Origin: Azolla caroliniana
Lineage: Eukaryota > Plantae > Polypodiophyta
DNA length: 64,000 bases
Direction of reading: 5' to 3'
NCBI GenBank assembly: GCA_043228905.1
Contig: JBHGNT010000013.1
Coordinates: forward strand, 2,232,001-2,296,000
The notes beneath the pieces were generated by a model. That model had not been told where the DNA came from, searched no databases, and worked only from the letters and a program-made list of their open reading frames with translations. Both the position numbers and the translations under genes were made by a program. This document shows positions 12,599-24,709 of the stretch, piece after piece (the stretch's first letter is position 1; each line of letters begins with the position of its first letter).

Positions 12599-14569
12599 CG
12601 CGTCAGCCTAGTAGAATTTGGGCATGCTCTTCTCCTCCTGCATTGCCCTTGCAGCGTCGACAATCGTTCGTTACGTGACTCAGGTGGGAACCTTTGGGGT
12701 TTTGGACTAGGAAGAGGAAGAATTTGAGACAAGTTTATATTTATGGATAGATTATTAGAAAGAGAGATAGAAATTTCGTGAATCCCACGAGTGTATTGTA
12801 TTCGATTAATCAATATTTAGATAAGAATATGTAGAAGATTGAAAGAAAGAGATTAAAAAGAACTTGTGAATCCCACAAGTATAGATTATGTCGTGAATCC
12901 CACGAATATAGTTTGTTAATTGGTGTTTTAGGAAATATATCCAATTTCCAAATAATCCACACACTTATTACATTGTGCTCCCCATCCTTATATGGTGATG
13001 AGAGAGTCTTCACAATCCATGCTTAAACTTTATGCTTTTCCTATCAATAGACTATATGCTTTATTTAACATGCTTTTTCTAAAGTGATCATGCTTTTTCT
13101 AATTTGTGCGTTTTTAATTGACTATAGTGTTCATGCACGCTACAGGTGCATGTGTGCATGTGTAGCTTTTTCTTTTATCATGCGTTTTTCTAAAGTTTAT
13201 CCTAGCATGAACTTGCATTTTTATGTGGGACATCTACTTCTTAACACTAATGAAAAGCTAGTGAAATGGCAAGACATTACGTTATTAACATGGAGGTGTA
13301 ATGTTCGAATCTTGCCCTGTGCATGTAATGCTTAGTTTGATATTTTCTTCTTTTTTCTTCATATTTATTCAATCGGTTATTTTATATTATTTTCATGTAG
13401 TGTACTAAATACACTACGACACTCGCCCCCTCCGAAACCACAAATCCTCCGGCATGTGCAGAAGTTGTCGGTGATTGTTAGCCTTCTCCATTCGGTCTCT
13501 GCCTGGTTTGTTTCGTCACTAGTCGTTTTCGGTTGCCGGCTCCATCTGTTCGCCGATTTTCAGTTGCTTGCTCTACCCGGTTTCCGGTTACTGGCCCTCG
13601 TAATTCTTCTTTACTTGTAGTACCCTCCGTTTCTCTTGCTATGTCCACTTTGTCTCTCCATTTCGAGCACAACCATTCTTTCCACCCAACTCATTTGCAC
13701 CATCCGATCCACCATAGTCTTTGTTCACTCTTTGCATAGCCATGGCTGATTGTCGCAACTCCTCGTAATATTCTTAAGCATAACCATTCATGTCTTGTCA
13801 AATTTGCTTGGCCCGCTTGGTTCTTCTTATCTGTGGTTCTTCTTGTCCTTGTCTTTATCAATGTCGAATTCTTTTCGAATCTCTGGTTGAGTCGGATTAG
13901 CTTCTTTCCAAATCGGTGTCGTCCGATCGTCTTTCGGTTGGATCAGCTTCCATTCCGATTTGGAGTTGGTTGATTGGTTTTTACCGATTCAGTATTTGCT
14001 TCCTTTTCCTTGTTTTGATTGGCCTCGACCGGTTCGACCTCCGGCATTTCTTTCCGGATCGGTCTCGTCTAGTCGGCTTTTGGTTGGAATGATTTCCGTC
14101 CGAATGGAACTCGACCAATTGGATGTTGTCCAAATCCACTTCTGCTTGCTTTAGCTTTCGTTTAGACCGGAATTCCGGCCGGATCATCTTGCGTCCGGAT
14201 CCTCTTTCGGCTTTACATTCTCTGCTCGCACCTCCTGTTTCTCTGGTCTCACGTTGGTTCTCGAACACAACCGCCGAAGTCTCTATAATTAATGGGTAGG
14301 AATCGTCGGTATTATCATCCTCCATCGTTTCACCCATAGCCACCTTCTCGGCTATCTCTCCATCGTCTGCATCATCTTCGACCGTTGTTTTCTCTCCGTC
14401 TCTTCGGTCTCATGTTGCCTTCCAGATGCAACTGACGGTGTCTCTGGAATTCTTATTTTGATATTTTCTTCTCCGAATCTTGAACCGAATCAGCTTCGTC
14501 CGATTCATTCCAGGTTTTGTCCGACTTGGTAGTCTCCAACTCGTCTTCCGTTTTTAGGCCCTTCACCAC

Positions 14570-16220
14570 ATCAGATCACGTCCGTGTCTTGGCCTTCTTC
14601 CGGTTGGCTAGACTATCCTGCTTGACTCTGCCACCGCCGCCGCTTCCTCCCACATGTTCGGATGTGGCGACTCCTTCGGTCGGCTCGGGTTCCTTTATCT
14701 CCACATCTCCCCCGTTGGTTCTTTCTTCCTATCTGGCTCCTTGTCCGGTGCCATCCATTCCAGCTCCTCCTCTTGCCCTCAAGTGTGGCACATTGAGATG
14801 AGAAATGCCGAGCATCTCTCAAAAATGCTGCAACTTTTATGATCTGAGCGGCTTGGTGAAGATGTGGGCTACCTATTGATCTGTGTGACCATATCAAAAT
14901 TCAACATCACCGCTCAGAACCCGCTCACGCGCATAGTGATACTGCACTTCTATGTGCTTCGTCCGTGCATAGAGTACAGGGTTCTTGGCGAGCTGTAGGT
15001 TTCTTATGTTGTCACCATAAATCAAGATTGGGCTAGGCACCTCAAAGGAGTCACCGAATCCAGATGGCTTCACAGGTGGCAATAGTAGCGCTCGGGTATT
15101 CAGGCTCAGTGCTCGACAGACCCACTATTGGCTACTTTTTGTTGCTCCACGCAACAACCGCACTACCATGTGAAAACATGTAACCGGAGGTGGATTGGAG
15201 ATCCGATGCATCACCAACCCAATCAGCATCGGTATATCCGACTAGCTTCCTAGCTATACCGTGCCGGTATAATAGTCTCCAATCCTTCGTGCTGCTAACA
15301 TACCAAAGTATCCAGTGTGTGCACTAAAGCTGCTCGACGGTCGACTTTTGCATGAACTGGCTGATCACTCCGACCGGGTAACTGATGTTGGGTCGAGCGA
15401 TTGTCAAGTATATGAGGCTTTCGACAATTGGTCAGAACTGTTTCTCATCGCAGGCCGGGCCGGAGTCGGGACAAAGCTTGAGGTTCCGGTCTAGGGGTGT
15501 GGAGATCGGTCGACATTCCTTCATGCCGAACTTGTACAACATATTCAACACATACTGTCTTTGTGAAAGCAACATGCCATCGAGGGGTTCGAATCACCTC
15601 AATCCCAAGAAAATAATAAAGATCCCCCAGGTCCCCCAGGTCGGATAACTGGGACTTCACTCTGCCGATTTCATCCAGTCTAGGTCCGGTGATGACTAAA
15701 TCATCAACATATGGCAGGATATAGACCGGAACGTTCAGACCTTTCCGGATGAACAATGACGAGTTGGACTTTGAGGCTGCAAACCCCATCTTACGCAACT
15801 GGTGCGTGATCTTCGTATTCCAAGCTCGGTGGGCTTGCTTCAGACCGTAAAACAACTTCTTGAGTCAAAATACTGCCGCCTTGTTCATCTCCGATTGGAA
15901 TCTGAGGGGTTGGATCATATAGACCCGTTCTTCAAGGCCACCTTGAAGAAAAACATTCTTCATGTCCATTTGGTGAAGACGCCATCCCCTTACCGCAACA
16001 ACAACCAATACCACACGAACCGTCGTCATCTTCGCTACCGGAGCAAGGGTCTCATCATAGTTGATTCCGTGGGTCTATGCGTATGCCTTTGCCCTTAACC
16101 GGGCCTTGTACCGGTTGACTGAAGCGTCAACATTGTACTTCAACTTATATACCCATTTGCAACCGATCGGTTTACACTATCAGGGAGGGTCAACTAGGTC
16201 GCATGTATCGTCGCCTTCAA
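14570..16220 (-). pseudogene. Degenerate Copia gag-knuckle/RT/RNase H fragments
   Basis: ARTKHIEVQYHY, YGLKQA and YVDDL motifs. Confidence 0.8.
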
Positions 16221-17377
16221 AAGAATTTAATACTATTTTAACAGTAGTCGATCGATTTACCAAGATGGCACATTTTTCACCATGTGTAAAGAGCATCAGT
16301 AGTCAGGAAACCATAGATCTCATTGTGCATGAAGTGTCATCCACAAACTGATGGACAAACAGAGCGCACAAATCAAATGCTCGAGCAATATCATCATTGC
16401 TTCATCAATTATCAACAACATGATTGTAGTAATGTTTTATATCTTGCTTGGTTTGCATATAATAACAGGATACACTCTTCTACCAAGGTTACACCTTTCT
16501 TTGCCTACAGTGGCAACCATCCTCGATGGTGTATCCAAGATCTTCTTGAGGTCGCACGGAACTGTAGTGCAAAGTATTAGCTTCATCGACTACACCAAAT
16601 CCAGTTAGTGTTATCCTCACATCTTCAAACATCGTAAGCACAACATAAGACTAATGCAAATCGCCATCATCTTATGTCTCCATTTAAGGTTGGTGACCGA
16701 GTATGGTTGCTTCGTCGTCACGTCAAGACTAACCCACCCTGTGAGAAACTTGATTATCAGTGCTTAGGTCATTTTCTCATCACGGCGTGGATTAATGATG
16801 CAACCTTTCGTCTTAACCTTCCAGCACACATGCAGCTTCACCCAATCTTTCATAGCTCTCTTTTGGAACCTTGTCACACCTCTTCCATTCCTAATCGAGT
16901 CGTGCCACCTCCGCCCCCAATCCAACTTGTTGACGGCCCCGAATATGAGATAACAACTATTCTCGATTCTAAGATTGTGCGTAATAAGCTCTATTATTTG
17001 GTTCATTGGGTACGCTATCGTCCAAGTGATCGCACTTGGGAACCCGTCAATACTGTTTCTAATGCTCAAGCTCTTGTCGACGACTTCATGGACATAAACA
17101 TCATGGCTTCACCTAGGCTTGAACCCAAGACCTTGTAATACATAATGAAGAACCCAACCATTAAGATATCCTATGATTATATGAGATGATAAAGGCTACT
17201 TCTTGTAATACACCGATTATTGTATATACTCAGGAACATTATCCTAGAACATCTTAGAATATTCTAGGTCTAGAACATTATAGAAATCTCTACGCTATTC
17301 TATAGGAACCTATAAAAATAGGGGCATACATGTATTCTCAAATCAATACCAATCTTAAGCTCTCATTGCCTATCTTG
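16220..17377 (+). mobile_element. Chromovirus 'C' 3' end: degenerate integrase, chromodomain and left part of 3' LTR (LTR resumes at 33696-33812)
   Basis: VVDRFTKMAHF, HPQTDGQTER, EYEITTILDSKIVRNKLYYLVHW. The LTR is split by element B at TCTTG and ends TTCTGACA at 33812. Confidence 0.8.
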
Positions 17378-17898
17378 TGTCAAGGCCTTAGCTTGACAAA
17401 AGAAGATTGAACAAGAGAGGAAGAGAAAGAGAGAACAATGCCTATATTTTTATTATAATAGGAAATTATACAAAATGAAGAACTAGAATATTTGACAAAG
17501 ATTGGTGTTGAACTAGAATGGTTCTAACAATCCAATATGTCCTATTTATATAGGAGTAGTATGTGCCCCTTGGATGTTTGTAGGGTCATGATACCCTTTG
17601 GGATGTTGTAGGGTCATGATACCCTTTGGGATATTGAAGAGTCTTGGCAACCTTTGGGATATTGAAGGGTCTTGGCACCTTTTGGGATATTGAAAGGCAC
17701 CCTTTGGATATTTATAGGTTTACATTGTCAATATTATAATAAAGTAAATTATACTATCTTTACGTAAAACATATATAACCTAATGGCTAGAGTTGAGTGG
17801 TCCTCTTTAGGAGGTCACGGGTTCGAGTCACCCTAAACCTCATGGGGTTTCATCTAATCATCACACCATCTCCCTCCTTTTATGACAAGTTCCACGAG

Positions 17899-18373
17899 TC
17901 ATAATGCATGAATTGGGGCTCGACTTATTTGGATATTGACGATGAAATTCAGCTACAAGATCAGAGGTGTTGTCAAGGTTCTCGGCTAGTTCCCAAGTAC
18001 GATCATTAGGTGTATAACCTAACCAGTCGACGAGATAATAAAGCTTCTTACGTACTATCTTGGAGTCCAAAACAACTTTGACTTCAAATTTTGGGCCGGA
18101 AACAAGTTGAACCGGAGGTGGGGGTAGAACAACCCGTCATAATGCATGAATTGGGGCTCGACTTTTTTGGATATTGACGATGAAATTCAGCTACAAGATC
18201 AGAGGTGTTGTCAAGGTTCTCGGCTAGTTCCCAAGTACGATCATTAGGTGTATAACCTAACCAGTCGACGAGATAATAAAGCTTCTTACGTACTATCTTG
18301 GAGTCCAAAACAACTTTGACTTCAAATTTTGGGCCGGAAACAAGTTGAACCGGAGGTGGGGGTAGAACAACCC
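17899..18373. repeat. Tandem duplication (~238 bp) of the chromodomain-coding segment of element B
   Basis: Identical DSKIVRKKLYYLVDWLGYTPNDRTWE translation twice. Confidence 0.9.
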
Positions 18374-20821
18374 GATTTAGAATGGAACTAGCATTGTAAG
18401 GTTCCAACAATGAGACATGAAATACTGGGTGTAGATGCATGTGTGGGGGAAGATCAAGGCAAAATGCAACATCATTGATTTGATGAGAGATAATAAATGG
18501 ACCAAGCCGTTGATAATAAATGAACCAAGTGTAAAAAATCCACCCAATCATCCTATTGATAATTGATGAAACATCAAAGATATTGTTCTAGAGTTTTATT
18601 TGTGCGTCTGTTTGACCGTCACTTTGTGGATGATAGCTTGAAGAAAGTTTACAAGAGACTTTGAGCATCTCAAGCAACTGTTTCCAGAATTTTGAGATGA
18701 ATTGTGCGCCACGATCACTAATGATGTCATTTGGAAGACCATGAAGCTGAAATACTTGTTTCATAATGATGTCTGCAGTTTCTATACTATTGATAGTTTT
18801 CGTGCATGGAAGAAAATGCGTCATCTTTGTGAATCGATTTATTACAGTGAGGATAGCATCAAAACTCTTTGAAAAGTGAAGATCTATTATAAAGTCCACA
18901 GAGATGGATTTCCACGAACCAGTAGGAACTGGCCATGGATGTAATAACCCATATGGTCGATGTCGTGGAATCTTTGATCGACAACACACGTCACAAGTAC
19001 GAATATAATCCTCAACAAACTCCCGAAGATGAGGCCACCAATAGTTTCGAGAAACTAGCTCCAAAGTTTTGTGGATTCCAAAGTGACCAACCATTGGGTT
19101 GTCATGACAATATTGCATTACTTGGAGTCGAGATGAACCATTGGGGATATACAAAAGAGTGTTACGAAAAAGTAACCCATTTTTCCATTGAAATTGGTTA
19201 TAATCTTTACAAGGATACTTGGATTTTGAAGAAGATGCACGATCTGAAATGATATGATTCAATACATCTTGAGGAAATTCATCAGAAATGATACCTATTT
19301 GCATTGAATCAAGGAGCCTAGAATCTTCAAGTGCTTTAGAGGCATTAATAGTCAATAGTCGAAACCGATCAGGCCCTAGGATGACTTGCTTTTGATGATC
19401 AAATGTGGGCTCACCTGGTTGTGGTGCTAAATAAGATCGTCATGATAAAGAGTCTACCTTTCCTTGTTGTACTCGAGGGAAATATGTGATGAGGAAGTCA
19501 AAATGCGTCAGGAATTGTGTCCAACGAGCTTGGCTTCAACTCAAGACTCTAGCATTTTGAAAGTATGTGAGGTTTTTATGATCATGGTAAACAATGATTT
19601 GGTGGGGAGAACCTTCTAAGAGATGCCTCCATTGTTCAAACGAATCTAGAATGGCGAGGAGCTCTTTGTCGTGATTCTCATAATTGATCTCTGCAGCTTC
19701 GAATTTGCGTGAATGGAAAGCAATTGGATGCAGCTTTCCGTCATCTCCAACCTGCGACAAGATACTTTGTAGTGAACACGTTCGCGTTCACAAGTGGAAG
19801 GATTGCGCATTCCACTTGTAGAATCTTCTTAAAACGAAGCAAATACACCCTCTCTACAATAATTGGATGCACTAGTATCACATGTTCCTCAACTTGATAA
19901 GAATTTGCAAATATAAAAATACATGATAGATCTACGAGTGGAGATCATTAGAAATCATGCAAGTTAGACATGTTGATAAGTTAATGTAGGCATAATAAAG
20001 TTCAACTATGGCTCAATATGGCACTATTGTGCGACAAGGTAAACACTAACTTAAAGACTTATATTAATTAGGTAGGTTTTACAAAAATATGAGGTGTACT
20101 TGTATCCATACTAATAAAATGAGATATAATTTATACTTTGACCCATACGTGCATGTATGTAATTGTGGAAAATGTAGGATAGTGCACATTAGGATAAGTG
20201 ATTGGAATAACTAACTTATTAAAGTATTCAATACTTGTATTAAAAGTTGATCTAATCTATTCCTCAATTTGTTCATATGGGATCAAACCATATGTGTATA
20301 TAATTGTGCACAATGTAAGGCAGTGAACTTTAGGATAATGTCGTGGAAATAACAAACCTATTAGGCTTTCATACCTGTATTTAAAATTGATCTACTCTAT
20401 TGCTTAGGTGATTCACACAAGATCAAACTCCGAACGATAACGCAACTGGAACCATTATCAACACACTACACAATCTAAGCAGCAACGGAATAGAAACATA
20501 ATAGTTTTAACAATATAAGACAAAGATCCATAATAACAACATGGACAGTCATGGCAACAATTATAGGGCCATGTTCTGTTAAGGTTAGCTTGGACCAAAA
20601 TCAGCCTCCATTTAAACTAGTTCATGTTTCTCCATAAGTTTGGTAGTCAGCTATGCACGCGGTGAAACCAATATCATAAATCTACTAATCAAGTATATAA
20701 AAATAAAATTGAAACATATAGAAGATTATAAAGAATAGAATCCACTAGGTAAAACCCAAAATTTGTATTAATAATGTGAAATCTTAACAAATCGTCAGTG
20801 TCATATTCTTTATAGAGTCTA

Positions 20822-23800
20822 TTACATAGCAATCAATTCATCAACGTCATTTTCTTCATCATCTTGTGTAGAACTGTCTTCGGCTATACGTGCATTGGTT
20901 TCCCCTGTTAGCCGAGCCAACGAAATATCTTCTATAAGCTCATCATCAAGCTCTATTAGCTCCCCCGGTTCGCCGGCTAACGGAGGAATAGGCTCTCGCG
21001 AAGCAGGTTGAAACCTTTCTGTATTGGCGAGGTTCTTTGCACCGACCTCCTCATCCTGGTCTGGGCACTCCCACAAAGCCTTAATCCGCATATTAATAAA
21101 TATAACTTGGTCCTCGTCCTTCTCCAATGCAACTGTATTTCTAAACAGCTTCAATGCACATGCTGACGTAGTTCCTATGATGTAAGTAACAAGAAGATTT
21201 AGTTGTCAAACGAAAAAAAAGTGATTGGTTATCTCAAGATCGTTACCCTAGTTCGAGGAATACCTGTGCCAGAAAAGAGATCTAATATCCAGTCTCCTTC
21301 GACAGAAAACATCTCGATCAAGCGCATCATAAGTTGTTGAGGTTTTTGGTATGGGTTGACAAGTCCCCGTTCTGTCGTGGTGACATGTCGCAATTTCCGA
21401 GTCACTGCTGGATATACCAACAGATTTTAACCTCCCACTTCATTAGAATGCTCTTTGATTCTCTGTTTTTTAATTTCATCGAAGTAGCCAACCGTTATGT
21501 ATTCAATGGCATTAACGAACCGAAAAGTTGGCCCTCTATTTACATTGATCTTGATCCTATAAAAAATAATTCATCGAGTTAAGAATAGATTCAACAACCT
21601 TAAGAATTGCAATATAATGAAAGACACCTATAAATAATCCTTACCATGCAAGGTTCTCGATGCCATGGCAACGAGATCTCAAAGCTTGAGCTACCGAGTA
21701 CCCTTGGTCCATACTATGAAAGACAACTATTCGCCACAAGGATGCGGTCGTTAGCTCAGCGAAATCCTTGACCATCTTCTCCAATTGTGTAAACCTAAAC
21801 GGTTCATCGTCGTATGATGACCCAGCCATTCGAAATCCGTAAGGAATATCCGCAATCATTAGCGTATATTCCTTCTTTGGCACCTTCTGGATCAAGTCGA
21901 TGACATCACCGCAAACCACATTGTAGTAAAGATCTCTCGTAATATCTTTTTTGTGGCTAAATTTTTTAAACGAGCCATCTTCCTCCATTTCGTACGCCTT
22001 GACTAAGCAACGATCCTTTTCTTTTCTGGCTCGCTCAAGATGTGCAAGGAAGGATGTAGGGAAATCGTGTATATCCTTAACTTCTCCTTGTTTCTTGCCT
22101 CGACACGGTTTCTAATAGAAGCAATAGGACATCAGGTATTATTATACAAGCTCTACATATGATGAAAGGGAAATGAAAAAACATGAATACTAACCCAATC
22201 CTTGAATGCAATAAAATACTCTGATAACGCCTTATACGAAGACGTTAGAGGATAATCCTCGGTCACTTGTTCCCAAGTTATACATCCAAGTTGTTTCATC
22301 ATAACTTCTTGGATCTTCATGTACACCTTATGACTGTAAAATTAGAAATCAAGATTAGAACTTTGAATTACACCAATGACAAAATAATTATATTGATCAT
22401 GCTTTCTGATATCAAAATCTTCAATGGTTTCACATTCTTCAGGATCTACCATAACAATAAAAGGCACCACAGTGGCATGAGGATTAATTTTCATTTTTTT
22501 CTTGAGATTTTGAACATGCATGCGGTGAGGCTCTCTAATCTCAAGTGGTCTTCGACCTGTTTTTTCATCAATAGGGGGCCGATGGATGTGTGTTATAGGC
22601 AAATTAAATACTTGCCCTTTCCTGACCAGCTTCCGTTGCATTAACTCTCTCCTTATTTTATTCTGCTCGGATGACAAAACACCCGAGGCCAGCTCGGCTC
22701 CTGGCGTCCCCTTATTATCCTCTTCTTCATTTTCACTTGTTGAATCCGTATCCAACATTTTCGTTGTCTTCTTCTTGGCTGGTCTTGACTGGACTTTGGA
22801 TACATTTTTTGTGGCCTTCAAGGGGGAGGGCTCTTCATCTCTTAGAGTTACATGGCCTTGTATATAAGGCCTCAAGGTAACAATCAGGTTTTGTGAGTTA
22901 TCAAGTGCTTTTTTGAACACTTCAGGCCCACAAGATTCCTTTACTAAAAGGTCTTCTGAAAGGAACACTTTACGTACCCCCTTGGAGCACTCTATCATTA
23001 CCAGTATGTTGGCCGAATCTGCATCTTTGTAGTCAAATCGTAGAATACGGCCATACATAAATGGGGTTTCTTTTCCAAGCTGCCCCTCACCCTTCTTCTT
23101 TGTTGTATACAATACGACTTTTTTCTTTGAGTCGACATATTGCATACACCATTCCTTGTCCGTTAGATCTCGGTCTGGAAGGTCTTCGCCTCCAGTAGCG
23201 GCGACAAGTTTCTTTTGGCTAACATCACTATGTGGCTGAGATTTTGTCTCTTCGTTAAAGAGAAGCTTTTTTCCTCTCTTCATGGTCTCAGGAGCTACCT
23301 TGGTCTGGGCTTCGATTGGAGAACCTTGTATGCGAAGCTTAATTTTCTTCACGGGTCAGTCCGACAGGTTCTCAAATGACCTATTTAAGAAAGTATATGC
23401 AAAAACATAACTTAGACAGTCACGTAGATTGAAGTTGTATATTATAATGAAGAACAGTTTCCAGGAGCAGTAACATATTCAAAAATCTAGTTCCTGTTTA
23501 AAACCTACACTATAAATAGGAACTCGATACGGCGTATCGAGTTCCTTTTTAAAATTCAAACTTTAAACACGAACTCGATACGGCGTATCGAGATTCTTTT
23601 TGAAACCTACACTTTAAACACAAACTCGATACGGCGTATCGAGTTCGTGTTTAAAACCCACACTTTAAACACGAACTCGATATGGCGTATCGAGTTCGTG
23701 TTTAAAACCTACACTTTAAACAGGAACTCGATACGGCGTATCGAGTTCATGTACACAATACAAAATATTTATACACGAACTCGATACGGCGTATCGAGTT

Positions 23801-23886
23801 CTTGAGAAACGAAACATATTTACAAAAATGTCCACAGTGTCAGAGGCCTACCTGGAGTCCTCGCGCTCGATTCTCTTTGAAGACAT
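20822..23886 (-). pseudogene. Spliced ParB-like / beta-class N6-adenine or N4-cytosine DNA methyltransferase gene (disrupted)
   Basis: Exons about 23886-23852, 23380-22372, ~22326-22195, 22111-21645, 21556-21264 and 21174-20822 with GT-AG borders. Motifs CGDVID, IADIPYG, WIK, NPYQKP, ILDLFSGTG|TTSACALKLFRNTVALEKD. Confidence 0.85.
23520..23801. repeat. Six 25-bp palindromes GAACTCGATACG-G-CGTATCGAGTTC at 51-53-bp period, in intron 1 of the MTase gene
   Basis: Copies start at 23520, 23571, 23622, 23673, 23724 and 23777. Confidence 0.95.
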
Positions 23887-24027
23887 GGTTGATCGTGTTG
23901 AAGTGGAGGCGGAGATCGCGCTTTCGTGCTTTGTGCTCTGAGTGCTTTGTGTGCTCTGTGTGCTCTCTACGTTCTGTGTGCTCTGTACGCTCTGTACGCT
24001 CTGGTGAGTGAAATATGACGAGGTCTT

Positions 24028-24040
24028 CCTATTTATAGGG
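24028..24040 (-). promoter_or_regulatory. Putative TATA box of the MTase gene
   Basis: CCTATAAATAGG on the minus strand about 145 nt upstream of ATG 23886. Confidence 0.5.
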
Positions 24041-24709
24041 ATTGAACACATTGGTTAAAGTAACCATAGTCACCTTAACCAATGTTGGTAACTTTGAGGA
24101 TAGTTAGTTGGTAACCATAGTCACATTAACTAGAGTAACTTATGATTGTATTAATGATTACAAAGTCAAACTAACATATTGATCAATCTTTTATAGTCAT
24201 AACAACCTACAATGACTTCAAAGGTTATGAAGGAGACAATGATAGAGGTTCATGAATGTACCAATGATTGATTACTAAAACCAACAATTTTTATGACTCT
24301 CAAATGTTATGTATTAAAGATGTGGGCATGAATTAACCAGTGATTGATAAGTCTAATATTTAAAATGGTGAGCATTAAAGAACCAATGCGTGAGACGTTC
24401 TATATCAAAATGGGTGCCATTAATTAGCCAATGATTTTAACATTAATCCAACATATTCAAGGCTTGTTAATGATTAGTTTTATATTTTACTTGATTTAAC
24501 ATCATTTAGATCTAGTTTATATAATGATTGATAATTTAAGTAAAATTACTTTATTAAAAATAATTTTTAGATGTATTGTATTAATAGAATATTACATAAT
24601 ATAGACATTCTATTGATTTGGCTTTTGTTTAGAGAGAAGTTTATGTTTAGGGAGGAGTATATGTTTAGAGAGGAGTATAACTTAGAGAGCCCTATCTAGA
24701 CCTTAAGCC

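Noticed and set aside
20822-22111. Bacterial contamination or restriction-modification system
   Set aside because: MTase motifs are split by GT-AG introns, no endonuclease partner is evident, and the gene lies inside a TSD-bounded element nested in a plant retrotransposon.
23520-23801. CRISPR-like array of palindromic repeats
   Set aside because: Spacers resemble each other (TTTAAAACCTACACTTTAAACAC variants), there are no cas genes, and the array lies in a eukaryotic intron.
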